A DNA stretch of 64,000 nucleotides from an uncultured Gemmatimonadales bacterium (GTDB taxonomy: Bacteria; Gemmatimonadota; Gemmatimonadetes; Longimicrobiales; RSA9): positions 2,368,001-2,432,000 of the forward strand of contig OY970192.1 in NCBI GenBank assembly GCA_963708135.1. The letters run 5' to 3'. The notes under the pieces were generated by a model. That model searched no databases, was not told where the DNA came from, and worked only from the letters and a program-made list of their open reading frames with translations. The translations under genes were made by a program, and so were the position numbers. Position 1 is the stretch's first letter. Each line of letters begins with the position of its first letter. Of the stretch, positions 23,503 to 32,950 are shown piece by piece.

Positions 23503-25872
23503 TCAGTCGCCGCCGCGGTCCGCCGCGTAATAGGACGACGTCGGGGCATAGGAGCCGTAGTAGCCCTCCTTGCGCACATCGATGTCGTTCAGCACAGCGC
23601 CGAGCGCCGGCGCCCTCACGGCGGCGAGCTGCTCCACGGCGTAGGCCACGGCGCCGCGCTCGCTCGCGCCGGCGCGCGCCACCAGGATCACTCCGTCGGC
23701 GTTCGTGCCGAGCAGCGCCGCGTCCGTGACGAGGTTGAGAGGCGGCGCGTCAAGCAGGATCGAGTCGTAGTCGGCGCCCAGCGTCTCGAGCAGCGCCCGC
23801 ATGCGGTCGGAGCCGAGCAGCTCGGCGGGGTTCGGCGCGAGGAACCCGCGCGGCATGAAGTCGAGCGAGGCGGCGCCGGGCAGGCGGATCGAATGGATCA
23901 CTTCTGCGGCCGTGGCCCGGCCGAGCAGCACGTCGGCGAGGCCCGGCTCGGAGGTGGTCTCCAGGACGCGGTGCAGCACGCCGCGGCGCAGGTCCGCATC
24001 GATCAGCAGGCAGCGCAGCTCCTGCTGCGCCAGCGTGATGGCGAGGTTCGCGGCGGTCGTCGACTTGCCGTCGCCGGGCGTGGGGCTCGTGAAGACCAAC
24101 GTGTGGGGCGCCTGCTCCGGCCGCGAGAAGGTGATGTTGGTGCGGAGCGTCCGGTACGCCTCCGCGATCGGCCCGGTGGGCGCCTGCCTGGCCACCAGGC
24201 TGGAGGCGAACGACGGGGGCGCGGCGCGCCGGCCGGGGCGCCGCCAATGCCCGCCACCGTTGCCGTTTGCCGCCGGCGCCCCGATGCGCGGGATGAGCCC
24301 GAGCACGGGCATTCCGGTGAGCGTCTGGAGATCCTCGCGCGTGTGCAGGGTGGTGTCGAGGTGCTCGCGGGTGAAGGCGGCTCCGGCGCTGAGCGTCAGG
24401 CCGACGACGAGCGCCAGCGCGAGACTCAGCCCTTTCTTGGGCCAGACCGGCCGCAGCGCCAGGATCGCGGGATCGACGACCCGCACGCTGGCGTCCTGCA
24501 CCGCGGCCGCGATCTGCGCCTCCTTCCGCCGCTTCTCGAGCATCGAGAAGATCTCCTGCAGCACCGACGCCTGCCTCTCGAGCCGCGCGTAGCGCACCTG
24601 GGTCGCGGGGATCCGTCCGAGCTGCGTGCCGAAGCGCGCCAGCACGCCGTCCAGCGAGGAAACCTGGTTGGTCAGGCCCTCGAGGTACGTCGTCGTGATA
24701 CCGTGCACCTGGTCCTCGAGCTGGTGCACGCGCTCCGTCACGCGCTGCACGTCCGGATCATCCGGGGTGCGGCGGAGCAGCAGCTGGTTACGCGCGTCCT
24801 CCGCCTCGGCGAGCGACCGGAGCAGCTCGGACGCCGCGGGGCTCTTCAGCAGCGACGGGAACGCGATCAGGCTGCGGTACGGCGAGCGGTCCCCGCTGCG
24901 CTGTGCGGCGACGACGGCGGAGTCCAGCGTCTGCGCCATGGCGGCGCGCTCCGCCTCCGCGAGGTCGCGCTGCCCCTCGAGGTCGGCCAGCCGTTCGATG
25001 TCGGCCTTGGCCTCCGACGTCGGATCGATCACGTGATCCTGCTCGCGGAAGACGCGCAGCGCGTCCTCCGCCTCCGCCAGCTGCCCCTGCAGCGTGTCGA
25101 TCTGCTCGTCCAGGAAGCGCACCGTGCTGCGCGCCTGCGTGCTCAGGTTCGACTGCCGCCACGCGATGAAGCGCGCCGCGAGCACGTTCGGCACCGCCCG
25201 GGCGAGCCGACGGTCGTGATCCTTGTAGCGGAGCACCACGATGCTCGCGTCGTGGTCCGGCCGATCCACCGTGAGCGCGTCCCGCAGCGACTTGACGGCG
25301 TCCTGGAACGGAGTGACGTGGAGCACGATCGTCGGGTGTTCGAGCGCGGCCCGCGTGAGCGTCGCCGTCACACCGCCGATTCGGAAGGGACGCCCCGGCA
25401 CGACGGACACGGGGGCGCGCCCGTCCAGGTCCGCCTCGAAGCCGCGCGCGTCCCGCCGCTCGAGCCGGATCTCCTCCTCCGGTGCCGCGGGGTCCACCTT
25501 CACGGCGTCGAGCAGCCGCGTCCTCTGCAGCCGGCGGGGGCTTCGCACACTCAGCTGGAGGCCGAGCGAATCGACCACCTGCTCCGCCAGAGAACGGCTC
25601 TCGAGGACCTCCATCTCCGTGCTGATCTGGCTGCCGCTCGAGATCGTCTGGAGTGCATCCAGGATCGGCACGTTCGACCGGTTCTCGTCGATGCGCACTG
25701 AGGTGCTGCTCTCGTACACCGGCGGCGCCAGATAGACGAGCGCCGCCGTCAGCCCCAGCACCAGCAGCGGGACGGCCACGAAAACGGCGCGATTGCGCAG
25801 CAGGAAGTTGCGCAGGCTGCGGAGCCCGGTCGTCGCCTGCGCTGGAGTCGGCTCATTCGGGAATCGGATCAC
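23503..25872 (-). CDS. wzc: Polysaccharide co-polymerase / tyrosine autokinase (Wzc-like)
   Basis: Two TM helices flanking a periplasmic coiled coil; EAYRTLRTN, PGDGKST and DADLRR motifs; C-terminal Tyr cluster. Confidence 0.92.
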   Translation of the reverse strand: MIRFPNEPTPAQATTGLRSLRNFLLRNRAVFVAVPLLVLGLTAALVYLAPPVYESSTSVRIDENRSNVPILDALQTISSGSQISTEMEVLESRSLAEQVVDSLGLQLSVRSPRRLQRTRLLDAVKVDPAAPEEEIRLERRDARGFEADLDGRAPVSVVPGRPFRIGGVTATLTRAALEHPTIVLHVTPFQDAVKSLRDALTVDRPDHDASIVVLRYKDHDRRLARAVPNVLAARFIAWRQSNLSTQARSTVRFLDEQIDTLQGQLAEAEDALRVFREQDHVIDPTSEAKADIERLADLEGQRDLAEAERAAMAQTLDSAVVAAQRSGDRSPYRSLIAFPSLLKSPAASELLRSLAEAEDARNQLLLRRTPDDPDVQRVTERVHQLEDQVHGITTTYLEGLTNQVSSLDGVLARFGTQLGRIPATQVRYARLERQASVLQEIFSMLEKRRKEAQIAAAVQDASVRVVDPAILALRPVWPKKGLSLALALVVGLTLSAGAAFTREHLDTTLHTREDLQTLTGMPVLGLIPRIGAPAANGNGGGHWRRPGRRAAPPSFASSLVARQAPTGPIAEAYRTLRTNITFSRPEQAPHTLVFTSPTPGDGKSTTAANLAITLAQQELRCLLIDADLRRGVLHRVLETTSEPGLADVLLGRATAAEVIHSIRLPGAASLDFMPRGFLAPNPAELLGSDRMRALLETLGADYDSILLDAPPLNLVTDAALLGTNADGVILVARAGASERGAVAYAVEQLAAVRAPALGAVLNDIDVRKEGYYGSYAPTSSYYAADRGGD

Positions 25873-26540
25873 CGGTGCCTCAGCAGCAGGAGGGTCACCA
25901 GGAGGCTGACGCCGCTCGTGATGAGCGCGGGGACCACGCCCTGGTTGCGCGCGAGCCATCCCCGCTCGGGGACGAAGATCTGGTCGCCCGACTGGAGGGA
26001 CAGCTCGGCGATGCGCGTGGCCTCGTCGATCTTCACATCCACCTGGCGCCCGTTGCGGATCAGCTCGAGGTGGTCGCCGGCGCCCTCCGGCAGGGCGCCG
26101 CCCGCCAACGCGAGCGCATCCGCCACGGTCATGGTGGGATCCACCGGGTATAGCCCCGGCTGCTTCACGGCGCCCAGCACGCTCACGCGCCGCAGGAGGG
26201 TCACGTCGATCGAGGGGTTGCGCAGGTACTTCTGGTAGTCCTCCACGAGCTGCCGGCGGAGCGTCTCGGGCGAGAGGTCCACGACGGGACGGGGCCCGAG
26301 CATCGGGAAGACGACGACGCCCCGCTCATCCACGGGGTAGTCTCCCGAGATGTCGGCCTCGCGCCAGACGCGGAGGCGCACGACATCGCCGGGGCGGAGC
26401 CGCATGGCGGCCGCCGCCGTGTCGGCGTGGGTCGCGGCCGCCGGCGCGGGGGCCGTGCTGTCCGCCGCCTGCGCCCGCAGGGCGGGAGAGAGCAGCGGGC
26501 CCGCAAGCACGAGGGCGGTCAGGAGGTGGAGGCGGCGCAA
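25869..26540 (-). CDS. Polysaccharide export OPX protein (short Wza-like, Poly_export plus SLBB)
   Basis: LRPGDVVRLRVW, YLRNPSIDV and VLGAVKQPGLY...ALALAGG motifs. Confidence 0.88.
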   Translation of the reverse strand: MRRLHLLTALVLAGPLLSPALRAQAADSTAPAPAAATHADTAAAAMRLRPGDVVRLRVWREADISGDYPVDERGVVVFPMLGPRPVVDLSPETLRRQLVEDYQKYLRNPSIDVTLLRRVSVLGAVKQPGLYPVDPTMTVADALALAGGALPEGAGDHLELIRNGRQVDVKIDEATRIAELSLQSGDQIFVPERGWLARNQGVVPALITSGVSLLVTLLLLRHR

Positions 26541-26544
26541 GGCT

Positions 26545-27723
26545 TCAATCCCTGGTCGGAAGGATCACTCTGACCGGCTGGGGGGCGACCGAGACGCCGG
26601 CCCCGCCGAGCTCGCCGAACATGCCCTGGCCCCAGCAGTACGCGCCGCCGGCGCCCGAGAGCGCGCAACTGTGCGTGGATCCGCGGGCGCTCACCGCCGC
26701 GAAGGTGGCGGCATCGAGCGGGCGCACGCGCTGCGGCGTCGCATAGTCCAGGTAGCGACCGTTGCCGATCTGCCCCTGGAGGCCCGCGCCCCAGCAGAGG
26801 GCGCCGCCGCCCTGCGTCACGCACGTCCGGTAGGTGCCCGCGCTCACGTTCGTCGCCTTCTGCTCCCCGAAGACCGGGACCGGCACCGTGCTCGCGGGCA
26901 GCGCCGCCGGCTGGAACACGGTGTTGCCCAGCTCGCCGTGCGCGCTGCTGCCCCAGCAGTACGTGACCCCGGTGGTGGCGATCGCGCAGGTGTGCGAGTA
27001 GCCCGCGCTGACCGCGACGAACCGAACGCCGCCGGCCACCCGCACAGGCACGGCCGAAGAGCGGGTGGAGCCGTCGCCGAGCTGGCCCCAGCCGTTGTCG
27101 CCCCAGCAGTACACGGCCGCGTCCACCGCGACCGCGCAGGTGTGAAAGGCGCCCGCGCTGATGGAGGTGAAGCGCAGCCCGCCCGCCACGGCCGCGGGCG
27201 CGCTCCGCTCGTCGAGCGAGCCGTCGCCGAGCTGGCCCTGCCCGTTGGCGCCCCAGCAGAACGCCTCGCCGCCGGGCGTGACGGCGCATGTATCGGTCCA
27301 GCCGGCGCTCAGGTCCGCGTAGCGCTGGTCGCCCACCACCTGGTAGGGACGGGTCACGCCCACGGTCGAGCCGGCGCCGAGCTGGCCGTAGTAGTTCCAC
27401 CCCCAGCAGTAGGCGTCTCCCTCGTCCGTCAGGGCGCACGTGTGCCGCTCGCCGGCGGAGACCGTCGCGAAGCGGGCATCCGACTGGACGCGGACGGGCG
27501 TATCGCTTCTCCCGGCCTGCCCGGTGCCGAGCTCGCCGTTGTCGCCCCTCCCCCAGCAGTAGACGCTGCCGCCCACGCGAAGCCCGCATGTGTGCTCGCC
27601 TCCGGCGCTCACGGCCGCGAAGAAGGGGGGCGTCTGGTCCGTTGGCGCGAGGGCGTCCCGGCAGCCGCCGAGGGCGCCGGCCAGGACGAGCCCCGCCGCC
27701 AGGCGTGCCAGCCGCCTTCTCAC
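26545..27723 (-). CDS. RCC1/BLIP-II beta-propeller lipoprotein
   Basis: GTG start overlaps the upstream stop; lipobox LGGC; seven HTC...YCWG...G(E/Q)LG repeats. Confidence 0.88.
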   Translation of the reverse strand: MRRRLARLAAGLVLAGALGGCRDALAPTDQTPPFFAAVSAGGEHTCGLRVGGSVYCWGRGDNGELGTGQAGRSDTPVRVQSDARFATVSAGERHTCALTDEGDAYCWGWNYYGQLGAGSTVGVTRPYQVVGDQRYADLSAGWTDTCAVTPGGEAFCWGANGQGQLGDGSLDERSAPAAVAGGLRFTSISAGAFHTCAVAVDAAVYCWGDNGWGQLGDGSTRSSAVPVRVAGGVRFVAVSAGYSHTCAIATTGVTYCWGSSAHGELGNTVFQPAALPASTVPVPVFGEQKATNVSAGTYRTCVTQGGGALCWGAGLQGQIGNGRYLDYATPQRVRPLDAATFAAVSARGSTHSCALSGAGGAYCWGQGMFGELGGAGVSVAPQPVRVILPTRD

Positions 27724-28529
27724 CGGCGGACCAGCCGGTTCCAGAGGGTCCGCCGCGGACGCACGAGCCGCTCCGCGGGCTCGAGCCGGCGATCGTGCAC
27801 GATCCGCTCCGGGTTGTCGCGCAGGAGCAGCTCGGCCTGGCCGTCGGCCCCGGCCTCGGCCAGCACCTCCAGCGCCGCCGGCAGGGGTGAGCGGCCACGG
27901 GCGTGGTAGTCGCTCGCCATGGTGTCGGCGAGCCCGTGCTCGAGGAGCATCCATGCCGCCTCGCGCGCGCGACTGCCGTACCAGCCCAGCAACGAGCCGG
28001 CGTTCACCTGGAGCCGGGCGCCGTGGTCGCGCCAGGTCAGCGGCACCTCCGGGTCGCCCGCGATCTGCGGGTAGCGCTCCGGATGGGCGATCAGCGGCAC
28101 GATCCCCTTCGCGGCGATCCGCGCCAGCACGTGGTTGACGTGGGGCGGGATCATCGCGTGCGGAAACTCGATCAGCACGTACGAGCCGCCGGCCAGGCGC
28201 ACGCGCGAATCCGAGAAGTCCGGCTCCGGGGTGTCGAGCATGATCTCCGCACCGCGGTGGAGCGCGACCTCCACCTCCCGACCGGTCACGCCCGAGAAGG
28301 CGACCCAGGCCGCGTCCAGCTCGGCGAGCCGCGCCTCCAGCGCGTCGTCCCGCACCGTCAACTCCGCGGACAGGTGCGGCGTGACCACCAGCCGCCGGAC
28401 CCCATCGCGGGCCAGCGCGGCGAGCCCGCACTCGCTCTCCTCCGCGGAGCGCGCGCCGTCGTCCACACCCGCGAGCAAGTGGTTGTGCAGGTCCGTCAGC
28501 CCGCCAAACGGCAGGTCCGCGCCGCTCAC
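27720..28529 (-). CDS. CpsB/CapC (YwqE) PHP-family tyrosine phosphatase
   Basis: DLHNHLLAGVDDGA, VTPH, IAHPERY and ASDYH motifs. Confidence 0.92.
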   Translation of the reverse strand: MSGADLPFGGLTDLHNHLLAGVDDGARSAEESECGLAALARDGVRRLVVTPHLSAELTVRDDALEARLAELDAAWVAFSGVTGREVEVALHRGAEIMLDTPEPDFSDSRVRLAGGSYVLIEFPHAMIPPHVNHVLARIAAKGIVPLIAHPERYPQIAGDPEVPLTWRDHGARLQVNAGSLLGWYGSRAREAAWMLLEHGLADTMASDYHARGRSPLPAALEVLAEAGADGQAELLLRDNPERIVHDRRLEPAERLVRPRRTLWNRLVRR

Positions 28530-30007
28530 CGTGCCTCCCGCGCGCCAGCGCCGGGTGAGCGGACGGACGCGCCGACGGCCACGCTCGACCCCGCCGCTCC
28601 GGCCTGCTCCTCGTCCGCGGCGCGGAGCGCCACGATCGCACCGGCGCAGAAGAACGCGACGTACTGCGTGAAGGGTGCGTAGTAGTCGAACGCGTTGTCC
28701 GTGATCGAGATGACCGCCCACGCCACCAGCACGCCCAGCGCCGGCAGCGCGAATTCACGAACCGACCGGTCCAGGTTCCGGGCGGCCGCCAGCGCGACCC
28801 GCCACCACTGGAGCACGGCGAAGCCGAACAGCAGGATGCCGACCACGCCGGTCTCGGCGGCCAGGCGCAGGTACTCGTTATGGACCACCCGGATGTGTGA
28901 GGCGGCGAGCGCCGTGCGCAGGAGCTCCGTCGTCGAGCCGAGGCCGCCGCCGAAGACGGGATGCGCCAGGAAGCGATGGAGGGCGAGCGGCCAGAGCACG
29001 TTGCGGCCCTCCCAGTTGACGGCGTTGTACAGCGCGAGCGGGTGGGTGAGCAGCTGGAACAGCTCCACCGGCGTCGGCACGAATCCCAGCGTGCGCCGCA
29101 GCACGGCGGGCACCAGGGGGATCGCGAGCGCGACCAGCAGCATGAGGCCGCCGACCAGCCAGCGGTAGTTGCGCGTGCGGAGCGCGCCCACCACGCCGAT
29201 CGTGAGCAGCGAGAGCGCGCTGGCGAGGAAGGCGATGCGCGTGAACGTGGCCACGAGCCACGCGGCGAGGACCGCGCACAGCACCAGGTAGCGTACGTCG
29301 CGGCGCGTGACGAAGCGCACGAACGAGAACAGCATCATCGTCAGCAGATAGAACGCGAACGGATTCTCGTGCAGACCGAAGCTGCCGACGCGGAGCCAGC
29401 CGTCGGCACCCGGGCCGACCCCCCCGAACATGATGTAGATCGGGTTCAGCAGCAGCGCGACGAGAGCGGCGCCCCCCAGCATCCAGTCCGCCATGCGGTC
29501 CACGTCGGCGCGCGTGCGGGCCACGGACAGCACGGCCACGAAGACGAGCAGCGGATAGGCGATCTTGAGCAGGAGCCGCAGCCCGTCCAGGCGCGAGTCA
29601 GAGTAGAGGAGCGTCGTGGCGGCATAGAGCAGGAACAGCAGGTACCAGCGCGCCGAGGGCGCGGCGAAGCTCCGCTCCACACGCCGCTCCACCGCCGCGA
29701 GCGCCGCAATGGCCACCACCATGGCGATCAGGCGGATCCCGTTCATGTCGAGGCCGCCCTGGTCGCGCAGCAGGGACTTGAATCCGCCGGTCAGGAACGA
29801 GAGGTCCACACCGCCGATGCCGAGCATCACGCCGAGCATCGGCAGCGGATAGACGATCGTGACCACCAGCAACAGCCCACCGAGGATCGCGCCCAGCGCG
29901 AGCAGGGGCGAGAGCACCAGGCCCACCGCCGCGATCGCCGAGAGCGCCGCCAGCGCGGCCACGGCCGGCAGCGAATCCGGCAGCACCCGTTCCCGGACGG
30001 ACTCCAT
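28526..30007 (-). CDS. O-antigen ligase / Wzy polymerase family membrane protein
   Basis: About 12 TM segments; TFTR, GGGLGS and HNEYLRLAAETGVVG motifs. Confidence 0.88.
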   Translation of the reverse strand: MESVRERVLPDSLPAVAALAALSAIAAVGLVLSPLLALGAILGGLLLVVTIVYPLPMLGVMLGIGGVDLSFLTGGFKSLLRDQGGLDMNGIRLIAMVVAIAALAAVERRVERSFAAPSARWYLLFLLYAATTLLYSDSRLDGLRLLLKIAYPLLVFVAVLSVARTRADVDRMADWMLGGAALVALLLNPIYIMFGGVGPGADGWLRVGSFGLHENPFAFYLLTMMLFSFVRFVTRRDVRYLVLCAVLAAWLVATFTRIAFLASALSLLTIGVVGALRTRNYRWLVGGLMLLVALAIPLVPAVLRRTLGFVPTPVELFQLLTHPLALYNAVNWEGRNVLWPLALHRFLAHPVFGGGLGSTTELLRTALAASHIRVVHNEYLRLAAETGVVGILLFGFAVLQWWRVALAAARNLDRSVREFALPALGVLVAWAVISITDNAFDYYAPFTQYVAFFCAGAIVALRAADEEQAGAAGSSVAVGASVRSPGAGAREAR

Positions 30008-30037
30008 TAGGGCGTCCTCCGCACGACGCGGCCGGCC

Positions 30038-31543
30038 TCAGCGCGCATCACGCGGCCGCAGCACGCGGACGAGCACCGCGCGATCCTGGTCGAGGAGCGC
30101 CCAGCGCCAGAGCAGCGCGAGCGAGGTCACGAGCGCGACGCCGACGCCCGTGAGGCGCGGCACCATCCCGGGCTGAAGCCTCGCCAGCCCGGCCGCCACG
30201 ACCCCGAACCCGCCCAGCACCAGCAGTGCATGCGCCAGCCGCTCCTCCGCCCACAGCCCCCGCGCCGCGGGGAAGAGACGCGCGGCGGCCCAGAACAGCA
30301 GTCCGGCATCGAGGGTCACGCGCAGCGTCCACGCGAGAGCCGCCCCCGCGACACCCCAGTGCAGCACCGCAAACCAGGCGAAGCCCACGTGCAGCGGCAG
30401 CTCCAGCAGATGGAACTTGCCGGTCAGGTCCGCGCGGCCGAAGCCCTGCAGCAGCACGAACGGCACGTGCGCCAGCGCGTTCACCAGCACCCCCAGCGCG
30501 AGGATCCGAAGCGCCAGTCCGCTGCGCGCGGCGAACTCCGGACCGAGCCAGATCCGCAGCACGTCCGGTCCCGCCACGACCAGCGTCACGGCAACGGGAC
30601 CGACCAGGAGCAGCAGGACCTTCACGGACCGCCCCGCCAGCCGCGCAGCCTCCATGCGCCGCGCCGCGCCGAGCGCGCTGAACGCCGGATAAGCCGCCGC
30701 CGTGAGCGCCAGCGGCACCATGAGCATGCGTGCGGCCAGCTCGTAGGGTGCGGCGTAGTAGCCGAGCGCGGCCACGGACACGAGGGTTGCGAGGAAGAAG
30801 CGGTCGAGGTAGGAGAGCGCCGGCGAGACCAGGCTCGAGACCGTCGTCCAGCTCCCGAACCCGAGGATCGCCCGCACCTCGGCCGGCGCGAGGTCGGGCC
30901 GCCGGCGGACGGCCGGCTCGAGGCGCAGGGCCGCGCCGGCGTAGGTGGCCAGCACGGCCAGCCGGACGACCCCGAGCAGGCCGACGATCGCCGGCAGCCG
31001 CCAGCCCGCGAGCGCGCCGGCGAGCGGGATCAGGTACGTCGCCGTGCCGGAGGGGACCACGACCGCCGCGATGCGGTCGAAGCGCCGCGCCGCCTCGAGC
31101 ACCGACCGGAACGGTCCCGTGACGAAGACGACGGGCAGAATCGCCGCCACGGCCAGGAAGGTCTGCCGCGCCTCGGCCACGATGCCCACGCCGCCTCCAC
31201 CACGGGCCGCCAGCAGCCCGGAAAGGCCGAAGAGCGCCAGCGCGGCCAGGAGACCGAGGACGGCCTGCGCCGCCACGGCGGTCCAGACGATGCCGGAGGC
31301 GCGCCGCTCGAACCCGCCCTCCAGCGCTTCGGCCAGGAACTTCGTCGTGGCGCGGGCAAAGCCGATTTCGGCGCACAGGCTGAGCGTCATCCAGGCCAGC
31401 GCCAGCACGCCGAAGCGCGCGGCGCCGAGCGTCCGGGTGAGCACGGGGACGGCCAGCAGCGCGGCGAGCAGCGGCGTCGCCTGGGCCACCAGGTTGAAGA
31501 GGGTGTTGCGCGCGAGACCGGGCGCCGGGCGGTCGGCGGCCAT
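30038..31543 (-). CDS. Wzx flippase
   Basis: ARNTLFNL start, about 12-14 TM segments, LDRFFL and GYYAAPY motifs. Confidence 0.9.
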   Translation of the reverse strand: MAADRPAPGLARNTLFNLVAQATPLLAALLAVPVLTRTLGAARFGVLALAWMTLSLCAEIGFARATTKFLAEALEGGFERRASGIVWTAVAAQAVLGLLAALALFGLSGLLAARGGGGVGIVAEARQTFLAVAAILPVVFVTGPFRSVLEAARRFDRIAAVVVPSGTATYLIPLAGALAGWRLPAIVGLLGVVRLAVLATYAGAALRLEPAVRRRPDLAPAEVRAILGFGSWTTVSSLVSPALSYLDRFFLATLVSVAALGYYAAPYELAARMLMVPLALTAAAYPAFSALGAARRMEAARLAGRSVKVLLLLVGPVAVTLVVAGPDVLRIWLGPEFAARSGLALRILALGVLVNALAHVPFVLLQGFGRADLTGKFHLLELPLHVGFAWFAVLHWGVAGAALAWTLRVTLDAGLLFWAAARLFPAARGLWAEERLAHALLVLGGFGVVAAGLARLQPGMVPRLTGVGVALVTSLALLWRWALLDQDRAVLVRVLRPRDAR

Positions 31544-31546
31544 CGC

Positions 31547-32950
31547 TCAGAGCGCGGCGCGCGGCGCGGCCCGGGCGGGCCGTCCCGGCGTCCACAGCGC
31601 CTCGAGCCGCTCGATCGACTCGGCGCCGCCGGTGTTGCGCCCGATCGGCACGTACACGACCCCGGGCGCATCGCGCAGGTGGTCGAGCGCGCGCCAGAAG
31701 TCCACCAGGAGCAGCGCGCCGTGGCCGTTCCGGCGGATCCGGTCGGGCCGGATGGCGCGGAACGCTTCATCCGGTGTCGTGACCAGCACGGCCTCGGCCG
31801 CGTCGAGACAGGCATCCGCGGAATCCACGATCGTGACCAGCTCGCCCAGGGCGGCCGCGGCCTGCTCCCCCGCGAGCGGGTCGTACCCCAGCACGCGCGC
31901 GCCGGCGAGCGCCAGCTCGCGCGCGATCACCAGGCTCTGCGAGCCCTCGACGACCGGCGTGCCGGGCTTGTAGGCGAGGCCGAGGACGCCGATCGTCGCG
32001 CCGCGCGCCGCGAGCGGCCGGAGCCGCTCCAGCACCCGCTCGGTGAACCTCCGGTTGGCCGCATCCGTGACCTCCGGAAGCGCGGCCGTGGTCGAGAGCG
32101 CCCGGGCGAAGAAGCCGAGCGCCTGGTTGTCGCGCGGGAAGCATGGCCCGCCGTAGCCGAGCCCGCCCTTCAGGTAGGCCTCCCCCACGCGGCGGTCCAG
32201 TCCGATCGCGCTCGTCACCCGGTCCACGTCGCCCCCGGGGATCCGCTCGCACAGGTCCGCCAGCATGTTGGCGAACGTGATCTTGACCGTCACGAAGGTG
32301 TTCAGCGCGAGCTTCGTCAGCTCCGCGTTCTCCAGCGACATCCGCCTCACCGGCGGATCGTTCTCCAGCAGCCGGCCGTAGAGCCCCGCAAGGATGTCGC
32401 CGGACCGCTCATCCAGCTCTCCGATGAGCACGAAATCCGGGTTGAGGAAGTCACGGAGCACGCTGCCGAGGGCGATGAACGCGGGGCTGTAGCACAGGCC
32501 GAAATCGGCCCCCGCCCGCTTGCCGGAGGCGTGCTCGAGGATCGGCAGCAGCGCGTGGCGCGTCGAGCCGGGAAGCACGGTGCTCGTGACCACGACCAGG
32601 TGGTAGGCGTCCTTCTCCGACAGCGCCGTGCCCACCTCGCGCAACGCCGCCGCCACGTGCTCCAACGAGAAGGCGCCGCTCTCCTCGCTGGGCGTGGGGA
32701 CGATCACGAACGTGATGTCCGACGCGCGCACCGCCGCCAGGGCGTCGGTCGTCGCCCGCAGCCGTCCATCTGCCGCCGCGATCCGCTCCGCCAGCCCGGG
32801 TTCCACCACGGGCGCACGCCCGCCGTTCACAGCCTCGACCGCGCGCGGATCCACGTCGACCCCGATCACATCCAGGTCGCGGCTCGCCAGGGCCGCCGCC
32901 ATGCAGCCCCCCAGCTTCCCCAGCCCGACCACCGATACCGTCATGCCCAT
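31547..32950 (-). CDS. UDP-glucose/GDP-mannose dehydrogenase family protein
   Basis: GLGKLG, YSPAFIALG, GYGGPCFPRD and GLAYKPGT motifs; start at 32950 or 32944. Confidence 0.9.
   Translation of the reverse strand: MGMTVSVVGLGKLGGCMAAALASRDLDVIGVDVDPRAVEAVNGGRAPVVEPGLAERIAAADGRLRATTDALAAVRASDITFVIVPTPSEESGAFSLEHVAAALREVGTALSEKDAYHLVVVTSTVLPGSTRHALLPILEHASGKRAGADFGLCYSPAFIALGSVLRDFLNPDFVLIGELDERSGDILAGLYGRLLENDPPVRRMSLENAELTKLALNTFVTVKITFANMLADLCERIPGGDVDRVTSAIGLDRRVGEAYLKGGLGYGGPCFPRDNQALGFFARALSTTAALPEVTDAANRRFTERVLERLRPLAARGATIGVLGLAYKPGTPVVEGSQSLVIARELALAGARVLGYDPLAGEQAAAALGELVTIVDSADACLDAAEAVLVTTPDEAFRAIRPDRIRRNGHGALLLVDFWRALDHLRDAPGVVYVPIGRNTGGAESIERLEALWTPGRPARAAPRAAL

Noticed and set aside
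22301..27723. Recurring TGCTGGGG / GGCCAGCTCGGCGACGG words in the two RCC1 genes as DNA inversion sites
   Set aside because: They are explained by the protein repeat consensus (CWG, GQLGDG); there is no long exact inverted repeat or recombinase.
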